Below are positions 8,670 through 18,698 of a stretch of DNA of 64,000 bases, in pieces. The notes beneath the pieces are model-generated. The model was not told the origin of the DNA. It saw nothing but the letters and a program-made list of their open reading frames with translations, and did no database searches. Each line of letters opens with the position of its first letter. The first letter of the stretch is position 1. The translations under genes were made by a program, and so were the position numbers. This DNA comes from Chitinophagales bacterium (GTDB lineage Bacteria; Bacteroidota; Bacteroidia; Chitinophagales; CAIOSU01). The stretch is taken from contig JANRLF010000001.1 of the NCBI GenBank assembly GCA_033762815.1, positions 324,490 through 388,489 of the forward strand, written 5' to 3'.

Positions 8670-10997
8670 ATGAAAAGAAACAGGAATGCCCCCAAGGGCC
8701 CTGCCGCATCGGAAGGGCTTGATAAGAAGCTTGTCAAATACTTCCGCAATTTCCCTGGCAAAGAGTTTACCAGGAAGCAGGTAATCAAAAAATTCCAAAA
8801 GCACCACGAGCAGGGGGCTATTTTGGAGAATATAGATAAGCTACTGCGCAATGGTTTATTGGAAACCGGGAAAGACAACAAGGTAAAAGCCGCAGGCAAT
8901 AGGCGTACAGAAAGGGCCACGGCAGGTGGGGGTAAGATAGTAGAAGGTAGATTAGATATGACCGGCAAGGGTTTCGGGTTTGTGGTAGTGGAGGGTATGG
9001 ATAGCGATATCTTCATTGCGGGCAGTAAGTTGGGCAGGGCTTTGCATAAAGACGTGGTAAGGGTACAAATAACGGGTCAGCGTAGGGGAGGTAAGCTGGA
9101 AGGGAAAATAGTGGAAATCGTAAAGCGTACCAAGCTGCATTTTTTGGGCACTATCCACATGAAGGAGGATTTTGCCTTCGTGGTGCCCGACAAGGAAAAC
9201 ATGCCTTATGATATCTATATCCCTAAAGAAAATGAACATAAGGCGAAGGATCAGGAGAAAGTGATAGTGGAAATTGTGGATTGGCCCGAAAGGATGCGCA
9301 ACCCCATAGGAAGGATTATTGAAACCATAGGAAAGGCGGGCTTGAATGATATAGAGATGAAGGGCATCCTTATCGAAAATGGTTTTCCCTTGGAGTTTAG
9401 CGAAGCGACAATGGAGGAGACCGACCGCATACCCGAAACTATCAGCGAGGAAGAGATTGCGAAGAGACACGATATGCGTACGGTGCAAACTTTTACCATT
9501 GACCCTGAAGATGCCAAGGACTTTGACGATGCCCTTTCCTTTCAGGTGTTGGAAAATGGTAATTATGAAATAGGGGTACATATAGCCGATGTAAGCCATT
9601 ATGTTCAGCCCGGTTCTGCTATGGACAAAGATGCCTTTGAAAGGGCTACCAGTGTGTATTTGGTGGATAGGGTGCTGCCTATGTTTCCCGAAAAGCTGTC
9701 GAACATGGTATGTTCACTGCGGCCCCATGAAGACAAGCTGTGTTTTGCCGCTGTTTTTGAAATAGATGATAGTGCAAAGGTGGTAGAAGTTTGGTATGGG
9801 AAAACGGTCATCCATTCCGATAGGCGGTTTACTTATAAGCAAGCACAAGAAGTGATCGAAACTGGCGAGGGCGACCATGCAGAAGCTTTGGGTATCATGC
9901 ACAGATTAGCACTTAAATTTCGCCAGGAGCGCATCAAGAATGGCTCCATTCCTTTTGATAGTAAGGAAGTACGTTTCAAGTTGGATGAAGATGGAAAGCC
10001 TATCGGCATCACAATCAAGGAAATGTTGGATTCCAACCGATTGATTGAGGATTATATGTTGCTGGCCAATAAATATGTGGCACAGTATATCTCCAAGCTT
10101 AAGGTTAAAAAACAGCCCGTACCGAATGTGTACCGCGTGCACGATGCCCCCGATATGGCCAAGCTGGAGGCCTTTGCGGAGTTTGCCAAAAAATTTGGGC
10201 ACGATATCAAATTTGAAAGCCCTAAACAGATTGCTGGGGCTTTGAATACCCTTTTGACCAAAATACAGGGCAAGCCCGAGCAGGATGTATTACAAGGCCT
10301 AGCCATTAGGGCAATGGCAAAAGCTTATTACAGTACCAATAACATTGGCCATTATGGGCTGGGTTTTGAGTACTATTCCCATTTTACCTCCCCCATTAGG
10401 CGCTATCCTGATGTGATGGTACACCGTACCTTGTTCGATGTGCTGCATGAAAATACCGAACATTTGGCAAAAGGGGAGATGGAGGAGATGTGCGTGCACA
10501 TGAGTGTACAGGAACGCAATGCCATGTCGGCAGAAAGAGAATCGGTAAAGTACAAGCAGGTGGAATACATGCAAGATAAGGTAGGGCAGGACTTTGACGG
10601 CATTATTACAGGTGTGACCAATAGGGGGATTTTTGTAGAGATAAGGGAATATATGTGCGAAGGTTTCGTAAGCCAGCGCGACTTAACCCAGTTTGATGCC
10701 GAGTTTGATGAAATGAGCTACAGCATTACCGATCCACGTTCAGGCGAACAATGGCAATTGGGGGATAAAGTAAGGGTAAAAGTGGTAGCTACTAACTTAG
10801 AACGCCGTACCATTGATTTGGAGCTGGTAAGGCCAAAGAATGAGGACGATGAAGAAAAGGAAACTGAGGAAACGACCAATTGGGAAGATGATGACATTAT
10901 CAATGAGTATTTGAGCAGAAGACAGCAAGAGAAAAAATCTGCTAGGCAAGTATCTTTTAGTAAAGCCAAGGGTGCGAACAAAAAAGGGCGCATATAG
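8670..10997 (+). CDS. rnr: ribonuclease R
   Basis: RNB catalytic motifs (HYGLGFEYYSHFTSPIRRYPD), cold-shock and S1 domains, Lys-rich C-terminal tail. The start could be 8628 or 8670. Confidence 0.85.
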   Translation: MKRNRNAPKGPAASEGLDKKLVKYFRNFPGKEFTRKQVIKKFQKHHEQGAILENIDKLLRNGLLETGKDNKVKAAGNRRTERATAGGGKIVEGRLDMTGKGFGFVVVEGMDSDIFIAGSKLGRALHKDVVRVQITGQRRGGKLEGKIVEIVKRTKLHFLGTIHMKEDFAFVVPDKENMPYDIYIPKENEHKAKDQEKVIVEIVDWPERMRNPIGRIIETIGKAGLNDIEMKGILIENGFPLEFSEATMEETDRIPETISEEEIAKRHDMRTVQTFTIDPEDAKDFDDALSFQVLENGNYEIGVHIADVSHYVQPGSAMDKDAFERATSVYLVDRVLPMFPEKLSNMVCSLRPHEDKLCFAAVFEIDDSAKVVEVWYGKTVIHSDRRFTYKQAQEVIETGEGDHAEALGIMHRLALKFRQERIKNGSIPFDSKEVRFKLDEDGKPIGITIKEMLDSNRLIEDYMLLANKYVAQYISKLKVKKQPVPNVYRVHDAPDMAKLEAFAEFAKKFGHDIKFESPKQIAGALNTLLTKIQGKPEQDVLQGLAIRAMAKAYYSTNNIGHYGLGFEYYSHFTSPIRRYPDVMVHRTLFDVLHENTEHLAKGEMEEMCVHMSVQERNAMSAERESVKYKQVEYMQDKVGQDFDGIITGVTNRGIFVEIREYMCEGFVSQRDLTQFDAEFDEMSYSITDPRSGEQWQLGDKVRVKVVATNLERRTIDLELVRPKNEDDEEKETEETTNWEDDDIINEYLSRRQQEKKSARQVSFSKAKGANKKGRI

Positions 10998-11015
10998 TGC
11001 GCCCTCTTCTTTTTA
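10985..11015. terminator. bidirectional terminator between rnr and the convergent PhoX-like gene
   Basis: Hairpin gggcgca-tatag-tgcgccc followed by tcttcttttt. Confidence 0.55.
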
Positions 11016-11029
11016 TCGGAAAAATGGGG

Positions 11030-12673
11030 TTATTTCTCGAAGGTTTTGGTAATGGTGCCCTTTGCGTGTGTGAGTGTCAAAATATAGCTACCTTTTAATA
11101 GCTTGCTTCCATCAACTTGTAGCTCATTCCTACCATAGTTCAAGAAATAGCGAGCCTTTTTCATTTCTTTGCCGCCCATGTCATAAATACGGAGGTCAGC
11201 AAAATCGTAAACTCCCGAGTTTAGCTTTATGCGGAACACATCACTTACTGGGTTTGGATAGATGGATAGGTCTTTAAAGGTGCCTAAATCTTCAAAATAA
11301 CCTAGGATACCTGTGGTACTATCTCCCAAGTTTTCTTTCAATGCAACTACCACGGTAGATGGTTTATCAAAAACTACGCTCCTGTCTCCGGCATCCGTTT
11401 GCCATTGGGTATTGGTGCTATCAGGGTGTTGTATGGAGTAGAACATGTACTTACCATCAGGTGTAAAATGGGTACCTGTTGGCTCACAGTCCAAGGGGGT
11501 ATTAGCAAAAATGCGGACATTGGGGTTTTGAGCGGTGTGGTTTGCACCGATTACCCACTTATAGTTCTCCCCCCCATCTTGGTCAACCCATAGGTTGCCT
11601 TGGTTGTCAAATGCCAAGTTATCGGGCGAGGCAAAAAGCGCTTGCACCGTACCTGAAGCAGTAACCATCGAGTACTGGATATTGTCTACATAAATCTCAA
11701 AATCGGCAATAGTAGTGTCTATATCAGTGAAACGAAAAACGATGTTTTGGCCAGTAGAAGCAAAGTAAATTTGTCCATCGGTGCCTATCTCCACGTCTTC
11801 CACCCTATCGAAAGGGGTAGCGCCCACTGCTGCTGCCGCCGATAGCACGCCGTTCCTTTCATTTACCGAAGTATTGGGAATCAGCTTCCAAGTGCCTTTG
11901 CCTGTAGTCTGCCAGTTATTGTCCAGTTTTAAGGCGTACAGTTTACCGCTGCCCAAGTTGGCTTTATTGTCCATTACAAACTTGAACATATAACCCGCTG
12001 AAGAATTGTCTTCTCCCTGGTAGGCAGTGATGCTATCGGCAGCGAAGACTACGTTTTCGTGCGAAAAGCAACCCATGGCCCAAACTTTGTCTTTGTTGCC
12101 GTCGTTGTCATAATCCATTGCTTCGCCTGTTACTGGGTCAATTTCTACATTCCAGCCAAAGGATTTATATCCACGCACGTTGCAAACGCCTGTAGGTATA
12201 TCATCAAACTCTTCAGAGGTGACCACGGTACCCCAAGGGGTAATGCCGCCGGAACAATTCACCATGGTACCTGCAGGTTCCGTAAGCAAGGGTGGCAAAG
12301 TAATGTTACAAAGGAAAGGATCAAAATTAGCTTGTTTGGAGCCCAGAATCTCCCAAAGCTTGGTAGTGTTGTTCAGTTGGATTTCGAAAATGGCAACACC
12401 GCCAGGCACCCATTCGGAGTTTACGCAAAGGTAGCCATGAGTGCTGCTGCCATTAATAGGTAAATAAGCGGTGAGATCACTGCCTGGGCCCATCACAGAG
12501 CCATCGCCCAACGCATCACCTGTTTGTGCCAGTAATTGGAATGCATGGGTGGAAGGGATGTGCATCAACTCATCTTGGAAATCGGGTTCTACTGAGGTAA
12601 AATCGCCTATATTCTGAGCATTTATGGCTATAAAGCAGCTGATGGCGAGTAAAAAGGTAAAAATGGATTTCAT
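11030..12673 (-). CDS. secreted DUF839/PhoX-like beta-propeller protein with T9SS C-terminal sorting domain
   Basis: Signal peptide, motif GGITPWGTVVTSEE (the PhoX-family TPWGT...EE motif), and a C-terminal Por-secretion tail (IYPNPVSD...ILTL). Confidence 0.7.
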   Translation of the reverse strand: MKSIFTFLLAISCFIAINAQNIGDFTSVEPDFQDELMHIPSTHAFQLLAQTGDALGDGSVMGPGSDLTAYLPINGSSTHGYLCVNSEWVPGGVAIFEIQLNNTTKLWEILGSKQANFDPFLCNITLPPLLTEPAGTMVNCSGGITPWGTVVTSEEFDDIPTGVCNVRGYKSFGWNVEIDPVTGEAMDYDNDGNKDKVWAMGCFSHENVVFAADSITAYQGEDNSSAGYMFKFVMDNKANLGSGKLYALKLDNNWQTTGKGTWKLIPNTSVNERNGVLSAAAAVGATPFDRVEDVEIGTDGQIYFASTGQNIVFRFTDIDTTIADFEIYVDNIQYSMVTASGTVQALFASPDNLAFDNQGNLWVDQDGGENYKWVIGANHTAQNPNVRIFANTPLDCEPTGTHFTPDGKYMFYSIQHPDSTNTQWQTDAGDRSVVFDKPSTVVVALKENLGDSTTGILGYFEDLGTFKDLSIYPNPVSDVFRIKLNSGVYDFADLRIYDMGGKEMKKARYFLNYGRNELQVDGSKLLKGSYILTLTHAKGTITKTFEK

Positions 12674-12721
12674 GGTGAAGGTTATTTACTACAAAGATAA
12701 GAAGAAGGGATAAGGCATTTG

Positions 12722-13594
12722 TTAACGATTGGTTAATTTGAACATTTGACGCGCAATGTAACTATTCATTGCTGGCCACCCATTTACGAGCAAATAAAAA
12801 GGATTGATAAAAATTAGTATCATCGGCAGCACAATAGGCCAAATCATGATGCTCATCAACAATTGAATACCTATGTGCATAATGAGCAAGGCTAATCCAA
12901 AGAAAAAAATGACCCTTCTATTAAACAATGCGATGGGTACCATAAACTCTAACAACAAGGCCAATGAAAGCGAAATTGTGACTAACATGGAATGTTCTAA
13001 AATAAAATTGGCATAAGATGTTCCCCTGGAAAGGTAAGCCACATTGCCCCAATCAAAGTAATTATAATTGAATGACTTTAAGATTTGAATAGCCATACGG
13101 TATCCATCACTGGGCCAATGAAAACCGGAGGTTGATAGCTTAGATAATGCTGAAAGAAAATAAGCAGCAGCTACAATTTGTGCAGAAAACTGTAAGCGAT
13201 AATGTTCTATGTTTCTTATCCAGTTTAGCCTATGAAAGGCATAAGCAAAAAACTGCGCAAAAAATACCGCTGTAAACAAACCCCTGCTAAGGATACCATT
13301 CGATTCTTCCAGAGAAAAGCAGATAAGCATAAAAATACCCATCAACAAGGTGGTTATAAGCATCTCCTTTTCCAAAATATATAGAATGGCGATGCCAGAA
13401 AACAGGACAACTAGTAACCAGAAAGGAATTTCGCGGCTAATAAAACTGCAGTCAAAAAGTTGGCAAATCCCAGCTGAAAAGGGCTGATTTTGGTAGGTGA
13501 AGAAGCTAGATAAAACAAATGCCAACCATATTATGGCAATCGGGACTTTTACATAAATCCATTCTTGCGCAATAAAACGCCTACTTATTCGCAT
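12722..13594 (-). CDS. polytopic membrane protein. HTTM/SdpB-like is hypothesised
   Basis: 290 aa with about 8 predicted TM helices. Overlaps the upstream ORF by 14 nt. The sequence fits HTTM/SdpB in topology and size, but no motif supporting that family has been confirmed. Confidence 0.5.
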   Translation of the reverse strand: MRISRRFIAQEWIYVKVPIAIIWLAFVLSSFFTYQNQPFSAGICQLFDCSFISREIPFWLLVVLFSGIAILYILEKEMLITTLLMGIFMLICFSLEESNGILSRGLFTAVFFAQFFAYAFHRLNWIRNIEHYRLQFSAQIVAAAYFLSALSKLSTSGFHWPSDGYRMAIQILKSFNYNYFDWGNVAYLSRGTSYANFILEHSMLVTISLSLALLLEFMVPIALFNRRVIFFFGLALLIMHIGIQLLMSIMIWPIVLPMILIFINPFYLLVNGWPAMNSYIARQMFKLTNR

Positions 13595-14030
13595 CGGTTA
13601 TGGATTTTTCTGCCATCAGTTCATCTATTATATTCAATTTTCCGTCGGTTAGCATAAAAGTTCTCCTGTAAAGCCTCAGCATTTTTGTTTTCGAAGGTTT
13701 GTTTTTCCATTCTATGAGTCCCAGCATTGCTTTGCCCACTTCTTGTAACTGGGCTTTTGTTTCTATTCTATTGCCGTAGGCAAATCCTTTATGTTGGCAA
13801 ATGGTATAAAATTGATGGGCGAATGGGCCTGCAGATGTACGGAAATGATGTTCGAAAAATAAGGTGTCATTGCGCTCATCGGTAATGAAGAAAGCATACG
13901 ACCAATTCGGAAAGGAATTATACATAGGAAAATGGGAAAAAGGATGTACCTCACCCACGAGGAATGTAACGGTGACAAAGCCAAAAAATATCAAGTAGTT
14001 CTTGATAGCAGCATAATTGAACCATCCCAT
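13581..14030 (-). CDS. small membrane-anchored protein (SdpA-like position), hypothetical
   Basis: 149 aa with one N-terminal TM helix. Translationally coupled to the downstream polytopic protein. Confidence 0.45.
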   Translation of the reverse strand: MGWFNYAAIKNYLIFFGFVTVTFLVGEVHPFSHFPMYNSFPNWSYAFFITDERNDTLFFEHHFRTSAGPFAHQFYTICQHKGFAYGNRIETKAQLQEVGKAMLGLIEWKNKPSKTKMLRLYRRTFMLTDGKLNIIDELMAEKSITDANK

Positions 14031-14203
14031 AGATAATACAATTTGTTCAAAAAATGGCAGGTATGCAATGCTTTTTCAGATGAAGACTTTCACAATTAAG
14101 GGTAATTGTTTAAGCTTTAAAGCTATAGTCCAATATTTTTTTGTAAAATGTTAAACAAAATCTTTCGTGTAAGGTTAGTAGCTTAGCGAATGGTTTTCCC
14201 GAA

Positions 14204-15949
14204 ATGGCCGAGCATAAAAATTTAACAACCCTGCAGCGGTTGATGCGATTCATCAATCCTGACAGAAAGGAAATATTGACGGTATATATCTATGCCATAT
14301 TCAGTGGTATTATTAGTCTGTCATTGCCCTTAGGTATACAGGCCATCATCAGTTTTCTTTTTGGAAATACCTATTCTGCTTCCATTGTTGTGCTTATTGG
14401 TGTAGTATTGCTCAGTGTCTTGCTCAACGGCTACCTGCAAGTGATGCAGATGAAAATTGTTGAACGCATACAGCGTAAAATTTTCACGCGCTACTCCCTT
14501 GGTTTTAGCCAAAAACTGACGGCTCTTGATTTGGTATCCGTAGATAATTACTACTTGCCCGAACTGACTAATCGATTTCTGGATACGGCATCGCTACAGA
14601 AAGGTGTCAGCAAAATCCTGTTGGAGTTTCCCACCGCATCTATCCAAATCATCTTCGGATTATTGTTGCTGTCCTTTTACAGCCCAATGTTCATCGCTTT
14701 CGGTGCCATGCTGGTACTTTTGCTATACCTAATTTTTCGGATTACGGGCCTACGTGGTTTGGCCACCAGTAATGAAGAATCGAACTATAAGTATGATGTA
14801 GCCTATTGGCTGGAAGAGGTGGCCAGGGTGGTAAAGAACTTCAAGTTGATGGGCCGTACAACTTATCCTATTTTAAAAACCGACAGGTTGGTGTCGGGCT
14901 ATTTAGATGCCAAGGAAGCACACTTCAAAATTTTGCTTACCCAGTATTGGGCATTTATCGTCTTTAAGTTCATTATCACTGGTGCTCTATTGATTTTAGG
15001 CAGTGTATTGTTCGTAAATCAGCAAATCAATTTGGGCCAGTTTATTGCTGCCGAAATCGTGATTATCTTAATTGTGGGTTCTGTAGAAAAACTCATCCAG
15101 AGCTTGGATGCGGTGTATGATTTCCTTACCGCTATCGAAAAAGTAGATAAGTTGTTGGATAAGGACGATGAACATAACGGAGCATTGATAGTGCCCAACA
15201 TGAACGGCAACGGTTTCCATATTGAAATGAGCCATGTGGTTTTCCGTTATCCTATGGCACTGAACCCATCTCTCTACATTCCCTACCTCAACATTAATGG
15301 TGGGGAACGATGGTGCATTATGGGTAGACTGGGAGCAGGTAAAACCAGCCTGATGCGATTATTGACCGGGGCCTACCAAATTGAGAGCGGCAGCATTATG
15401 GTAAACCAAGTAGCCATCAGCAACCTCGACTTAGGCGATTACCGCAAGCAAATAGGACTGGTGGTGGGCACCCGTGATATATTTTCAGATAGTATTTATA
15501 ACAATATCACCCTTGGCGACCCTAGCATAGAGCGCACTGAGGTAGTGAAGATATGCAAAGGCTTAGGTTTGTGGGATTTCCTAATCGGGCTGCCCCATGA
15601 TTTGGAGACCCATATCAATACTCTTGGCAAAAACTTGCCCGATACCGTAATCTTCAAAATACTGATAGCCCGCTCATTGGCCAAGCAACCCAAGTTGTTG
15701 TTGTTGGAAGACTGCTGGAGCCAAATGGAAAAGATAGACCAAGAGCAAATACAGCAATATTTACTAATGGAGAGGAAGCAATTTACCTTGATTGCGAGCA
15801 GCAACGAGGAATCATTTGCCCGGTTGTGCGATTTTGTATTGCTTATGGATGATGGAAAAATGGTGAAACACGGTACGCCACAGGAAGTGCTGGCCTGTAA
15901 CGAGTACCATACTATATTGTTGAATAGCAGGCGCAGCGAAAAGGTATGA
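14204..15949 (+). CDS. type I secretion-like ABC transporter (fused TMD-NBD) with a degenerate ATPase domain
   Basis: Six-TM domain plus NBD. Walker A is intact (GRLGAGKTS). Signature LSGGQ is replaced by LPDTV, Walker B DE by ED (LLLLEDC), H-loop His by Ser, and the Q-loop Gln is absent. No C39 peptidase domain. Confidence 0.8.
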   Translation: MAEHKNLTTLQRLMRFINPDRKEILTVYIYAIFSGIISLSLPLGIQAIISFLFGNTYSASIVVLIGVVLLSVLLNGYLQVMQMKIVERIQRKIFTRYSLGFSQKLTALDLVSVDNYYLPELTNRFLDTASLQKGVSKILLEFPTASIQIIFGLLLLSFYSPMFIAFGAMLVLLLYLIFRITGLRGLATSNEESNYKYDVAYWLEEVARVVKNFKLMGRTTYPILKTDRLVSGYLDAKEAHFKILLTQYWAFIVFKFIITGALLILGSVLFVNQQINLGQFIAAEIVIILIVGSVEKLIQSLDAVYDFLTAIEKVDKLLDKDDEHNGALIVPNMNGNGFHIEMSHVVFRYPMALNPSLYIPYLNINGGERWCIMGRLGAGKTSLMRLLTGAYQIESGSIMVNQVAISNLDLGDYRKQIGLVVGTRDIFSDSIYNNITLGDPSIERTEVVKICKGLGLWDFLIGLPHDLETHINTLGKNLPDTVIFKILIARSLAKQPKLLLLEDCWSQMEKIDQEQIQQYLLMERKQFTLIASSNEESFARLCDFVLLMDDGKMVKHGTPQEVLACNEYHTILLNSRRSEKV

Positions 15950-17307
15950 ACAGCAAGATAACCAAAGATATAAGCAAGCATGTTGAAATTGAAAGTTTGC
16001 AGGCTTATAACAAATCATACGGCGACGGTTTCAAAACGAAAATCAATTGGGTTTTGCTCATCTTGTTTTTGTTTCTGTTATTGGTGCTTTTTCTACCTTG
16101 GACACAAAATATACAGGCAACAGGGGTAGTGACCACTTTTGACCCGAACCGAAAGCCACAGCAAATCAATGCATTGATAGCCGGCAGAATTGAGCGTTGG
16201 TATGTACGTGAAGGCCAAGTAGTAAAGAAAGGGGATACGCTGCTCACTTTGTCAGAAGTTAAAGCGGAATATCTTGACCCAGCTTTGGTAGAACAAACCT
16301 ACAAACAAATGCAAGCCAAGCAAGGCGCAGTGGGCAGTTATGCATCTAAGGCGGAGGCCAACGAAACGCAACTGATTGCACTGAAACAGGCCAGGGAACT
16401 GAAATTGGAGCAGTTGCGGAATAAAATCAACCAAGCCAAGCTCTATATAATTACCGATAGTATGGCGTATGAGGCCGCCGTCATAGAGGCGAATATTGCT
16501 GATTCACAAATGGTGCGTCAGCAAAAAATGTTCGAAAGCGACTTGATTTCAAAGACCGACCTTGAACGAAGGCAGCAAAACCTGCAATCGGCAAAGGCGA
16601 AACTGGCAAGTGCCAAAAACAAATTTGCCGCTACCAAACAGGAATTGTTGATAGCCGAACTGGAACTGGGAAGTGCCGCCAGAGACTATGCAGAGAAAAT
16701 AGCAAAAACAGAGGCCGAACTGTTCGCTACCCTATCATCGGTCAATGAAGGCACCGGCGAGGTGGCAAAGCTTGAGAACCTGTATAACAATTACAAGCTG
16801 CGCAATAGCTTTTATGTAATAATTGCCCCACAGGACGGCCAAGTAATGCAGACTATAAAAGCTGGGGTGGGAGAAGTGGTAAAGGAGGGAGAAACTTTGA
16901 TGAGCGTGGTGCCGGTGGGAGCATCCATGGCAGTAGAAATTTTCGTAAGGCCAAATGATTTTCCATTGGTGCACAAAGGCGAAACGGTAATGTTACAATT
17001 TGATGGGTACCCGGCAGTGGTGTTTTCTGGTTGGCCAAGTGCATCTTATGGCATCTTTGAGGGAGTAATCAATACAACCGATGAGGCCTTGAATGAAAAC
17101 GGGAACTTCCGAGTATTGATATCGCCGGATTCCAATGCGCGCCCATGGCCTGAAAAGCTCAAATTCGGCAACGGTGCGCAAGCATTGGTGTTGCTGAAAG
17201 AGGTGCCGATATGGTATGAATTGTGGCGGCAAGTCAATGGTTTCCCAGCCGAATTTTACACCCCTGATTCAAAGGAGAAAAAGCAAAAAGAAGAAGACAA
17301 AAAATGA
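15946..17307 (+). CDS. HlyD-family membrane fusion protein
   Basis: N-terminal TM anchor, long coiled-coil region and C-terminal beta-barrel domain. 4-nt overlap with the ABC gene. Confidence 0.85.
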   Translation: MNSKITKDISKHVEIESLQAYNKSYGDGFKTKINWVLLILFLFLLLVLFLPWTQNIQATGVVTTFDPNRKPQQINALIAGRIERWYVREGQVVKKGDTLLTLSEVKAEYLDPALVEQTYKQMQAKQGAVGSYASKAEANETQLIALKQARELKLEQLRNKINQAKLYIITDSMAYEAAVIEANIADSQMVRQQKMFESDLISKTDLERRQQNLQSAKAKLASAKNKFAATKQELLIAELELGSAARDYAEKIAKTEAELFATLSSVNEGTGEVAKLENLYNNYKLRNSFYVIIAPQDGQVMQTIKAGVGEVVKEGETLMSVVPVGASMAVEIFVRPNDFPLVHKGETVMLQFDGYPAVVFSGWPSASYGIFEGVINTTDEALNENGNFRVLISPDSNARPWPEKLKFGNGAQALVLLKEVPIWYELWRQVNGFPAEFYTPDSKEKKQKEEDKK

Positions 17308-18698
17308 GATGGCTTTCGTTCCTGATTGCTTGCCTTTTGTTCAAGAGTACCTGGGCACAAACGGATAGCTTGGTGCTTGACTTACAAGCCTATCTTTCAG
17401 TAATCAAGAAGTATCATCCCTTAATATTACAAGGGGACTTGTTGGTGCAACAGGGTGAGGCTGGTTTGACGGAAGCCAGGGGCAACTTTGACCCTACCAT
17501 TGGGGCCAGCTATGACCGTAAGTATTATTTGGGTAAGGATTATTTTTCCATTTATAATTCGGAATTGAAAATACCCGCTTGGTATGGCGTAACGTTCAAA
17601 ACTGGCTATGACAACATTAGCGGCATATATACCAATCCTGAGCGGAACGTACCGCAAAATGGCTTAGCCTATGCAGGTGTACAGGCCGATTTGCTAAGCA
17701 ATCTTTACATCAATAAGAAAATGGCCATGTTGCAAAAGGCCAAAATTTACCTCAGCATATCGGAAACTGACAGGGCCCTTTTGGTGAACAATCTGATATT
17801 CGATGCCTTAGAGGCCTATTTGATTTGGAGCCGCGACTTTCAAGTGTATCAAGCTAGGCAAAGGGCTTTTCTTTTAGCTGCGGAGAGGTTTAACGGTGTT
17901 AAATCGGCCGCCATTATTGGTGAGTTGCCAAAGATTGACACTTTGGATGCTTATAACCAAATGCTTCAAAGGCAGATTGACCTGAACGATGCCAGCACCG
18001 CTTTCATCAATGCAACATTGCTTTTGAACCAGTTTTTATGGAAAGAAAATTGGGAGTCATATAGCATTGACACCACAGTGAAACCCGGTACTGTTGATTG
18101 GTCAGGTTATTTGGATGCGCAGCCTCGGATGGTGGCAGATAGTGCCTGGCTGCAAAGCCATCCCTTAATAAGGCAGTATCAGCTTAAGCTGAACATACTA
18201 GATATTGATAGGAAAATGGCCATTCAGCAATTGATGCCCAACCTTACCGCAAGTTATAACTTTTTGTCACGGCCCATCGGTGATGAAACCGTAAGTGCTT
18301 TCTCATTCAACAATTACAAACTCGGACTGGGTTTTTCCATGCCCTTATCATTTACAACTGGAAGGGGGGCATTTAGACAAGTAAAGCTGCAAATAAAAGC
18401 GGCTGAATTGAACTTGCTACAAAAGCAAAGAGAGACATATCTCAAATTCGCCGCTTCCGTACAGGACCATTACAACTTCTTAAGACAGGTTGGTTTGCAG
18501 CGCAGTATTGCGCAGAATGCGTTTAGACTCCTAGAAGCCGAAAACGAAAGGTTCTTTTTGGGTGAAAGCAATTTGTTTACGGTGAATGCTAGGGAAAATA
18601 CTTGGGTAAATGCCGAGATAAAGCTCATAGAAACCAATGTAAAGGCCGTGGTAACTTATTATAAGGCAAGGCTGATACAGAACAACATGTCTAATTAG
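17304..18698 (+). CDS. TolC-family outer membrane efflux protein
   Basis: Signal peptide and two-repeat TolC architecture. 4-nt overlap with the HlyD gene. Confidence 0.85.
   Translation: MRWLSFLIACLLFKSTWAQTDSLVLDLQAYLSVIKKYHPLILQGDLLVQQGEAGLTEARGNFDPTIGASYDRKYYLGKDYFSIYNSELKIPAWYGVTFKTGYDNISGIYTNPERNVPQNGLAYAGVQADLLSNLYINKKMAMLQKAKIYLSISETDRALLVNNLIFDALEAYLIWSRDFQVYQARQRAFLLAAERFNGVKSAAIIGELPKIDTLDAYNQMLQRQIDLNDASTAFINATLLLNQFLWKENWESYSIDTTVKPGTVDWSGYLDAQPRMVADSAWLQSHPLIRQYQLKLNILDIDRKMAIQQLMPNLTASYNFLSRPIGDETVSAFSFNNYKLGLGFSMPLSFTTGRGAFRQVKLQIKAAELNLLQKQRETYLKFAASVQDHYNFLRQVGLQRSIAQNAFRLLEAENERFFLGESNLFTVNARENTWVNAEIKLIETNVKAVVTYYKARLIQNNMSN

Noticed and set aside
12722-14030. Single frameshifted pseudogene instead of two genes
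   Set aside because: Each ORF has its own start codon and a distinct architecture (single-TM versus polytopic). The 14-nt overlap is typical of translational coupling. I cannot exclude a fusion in relatives.
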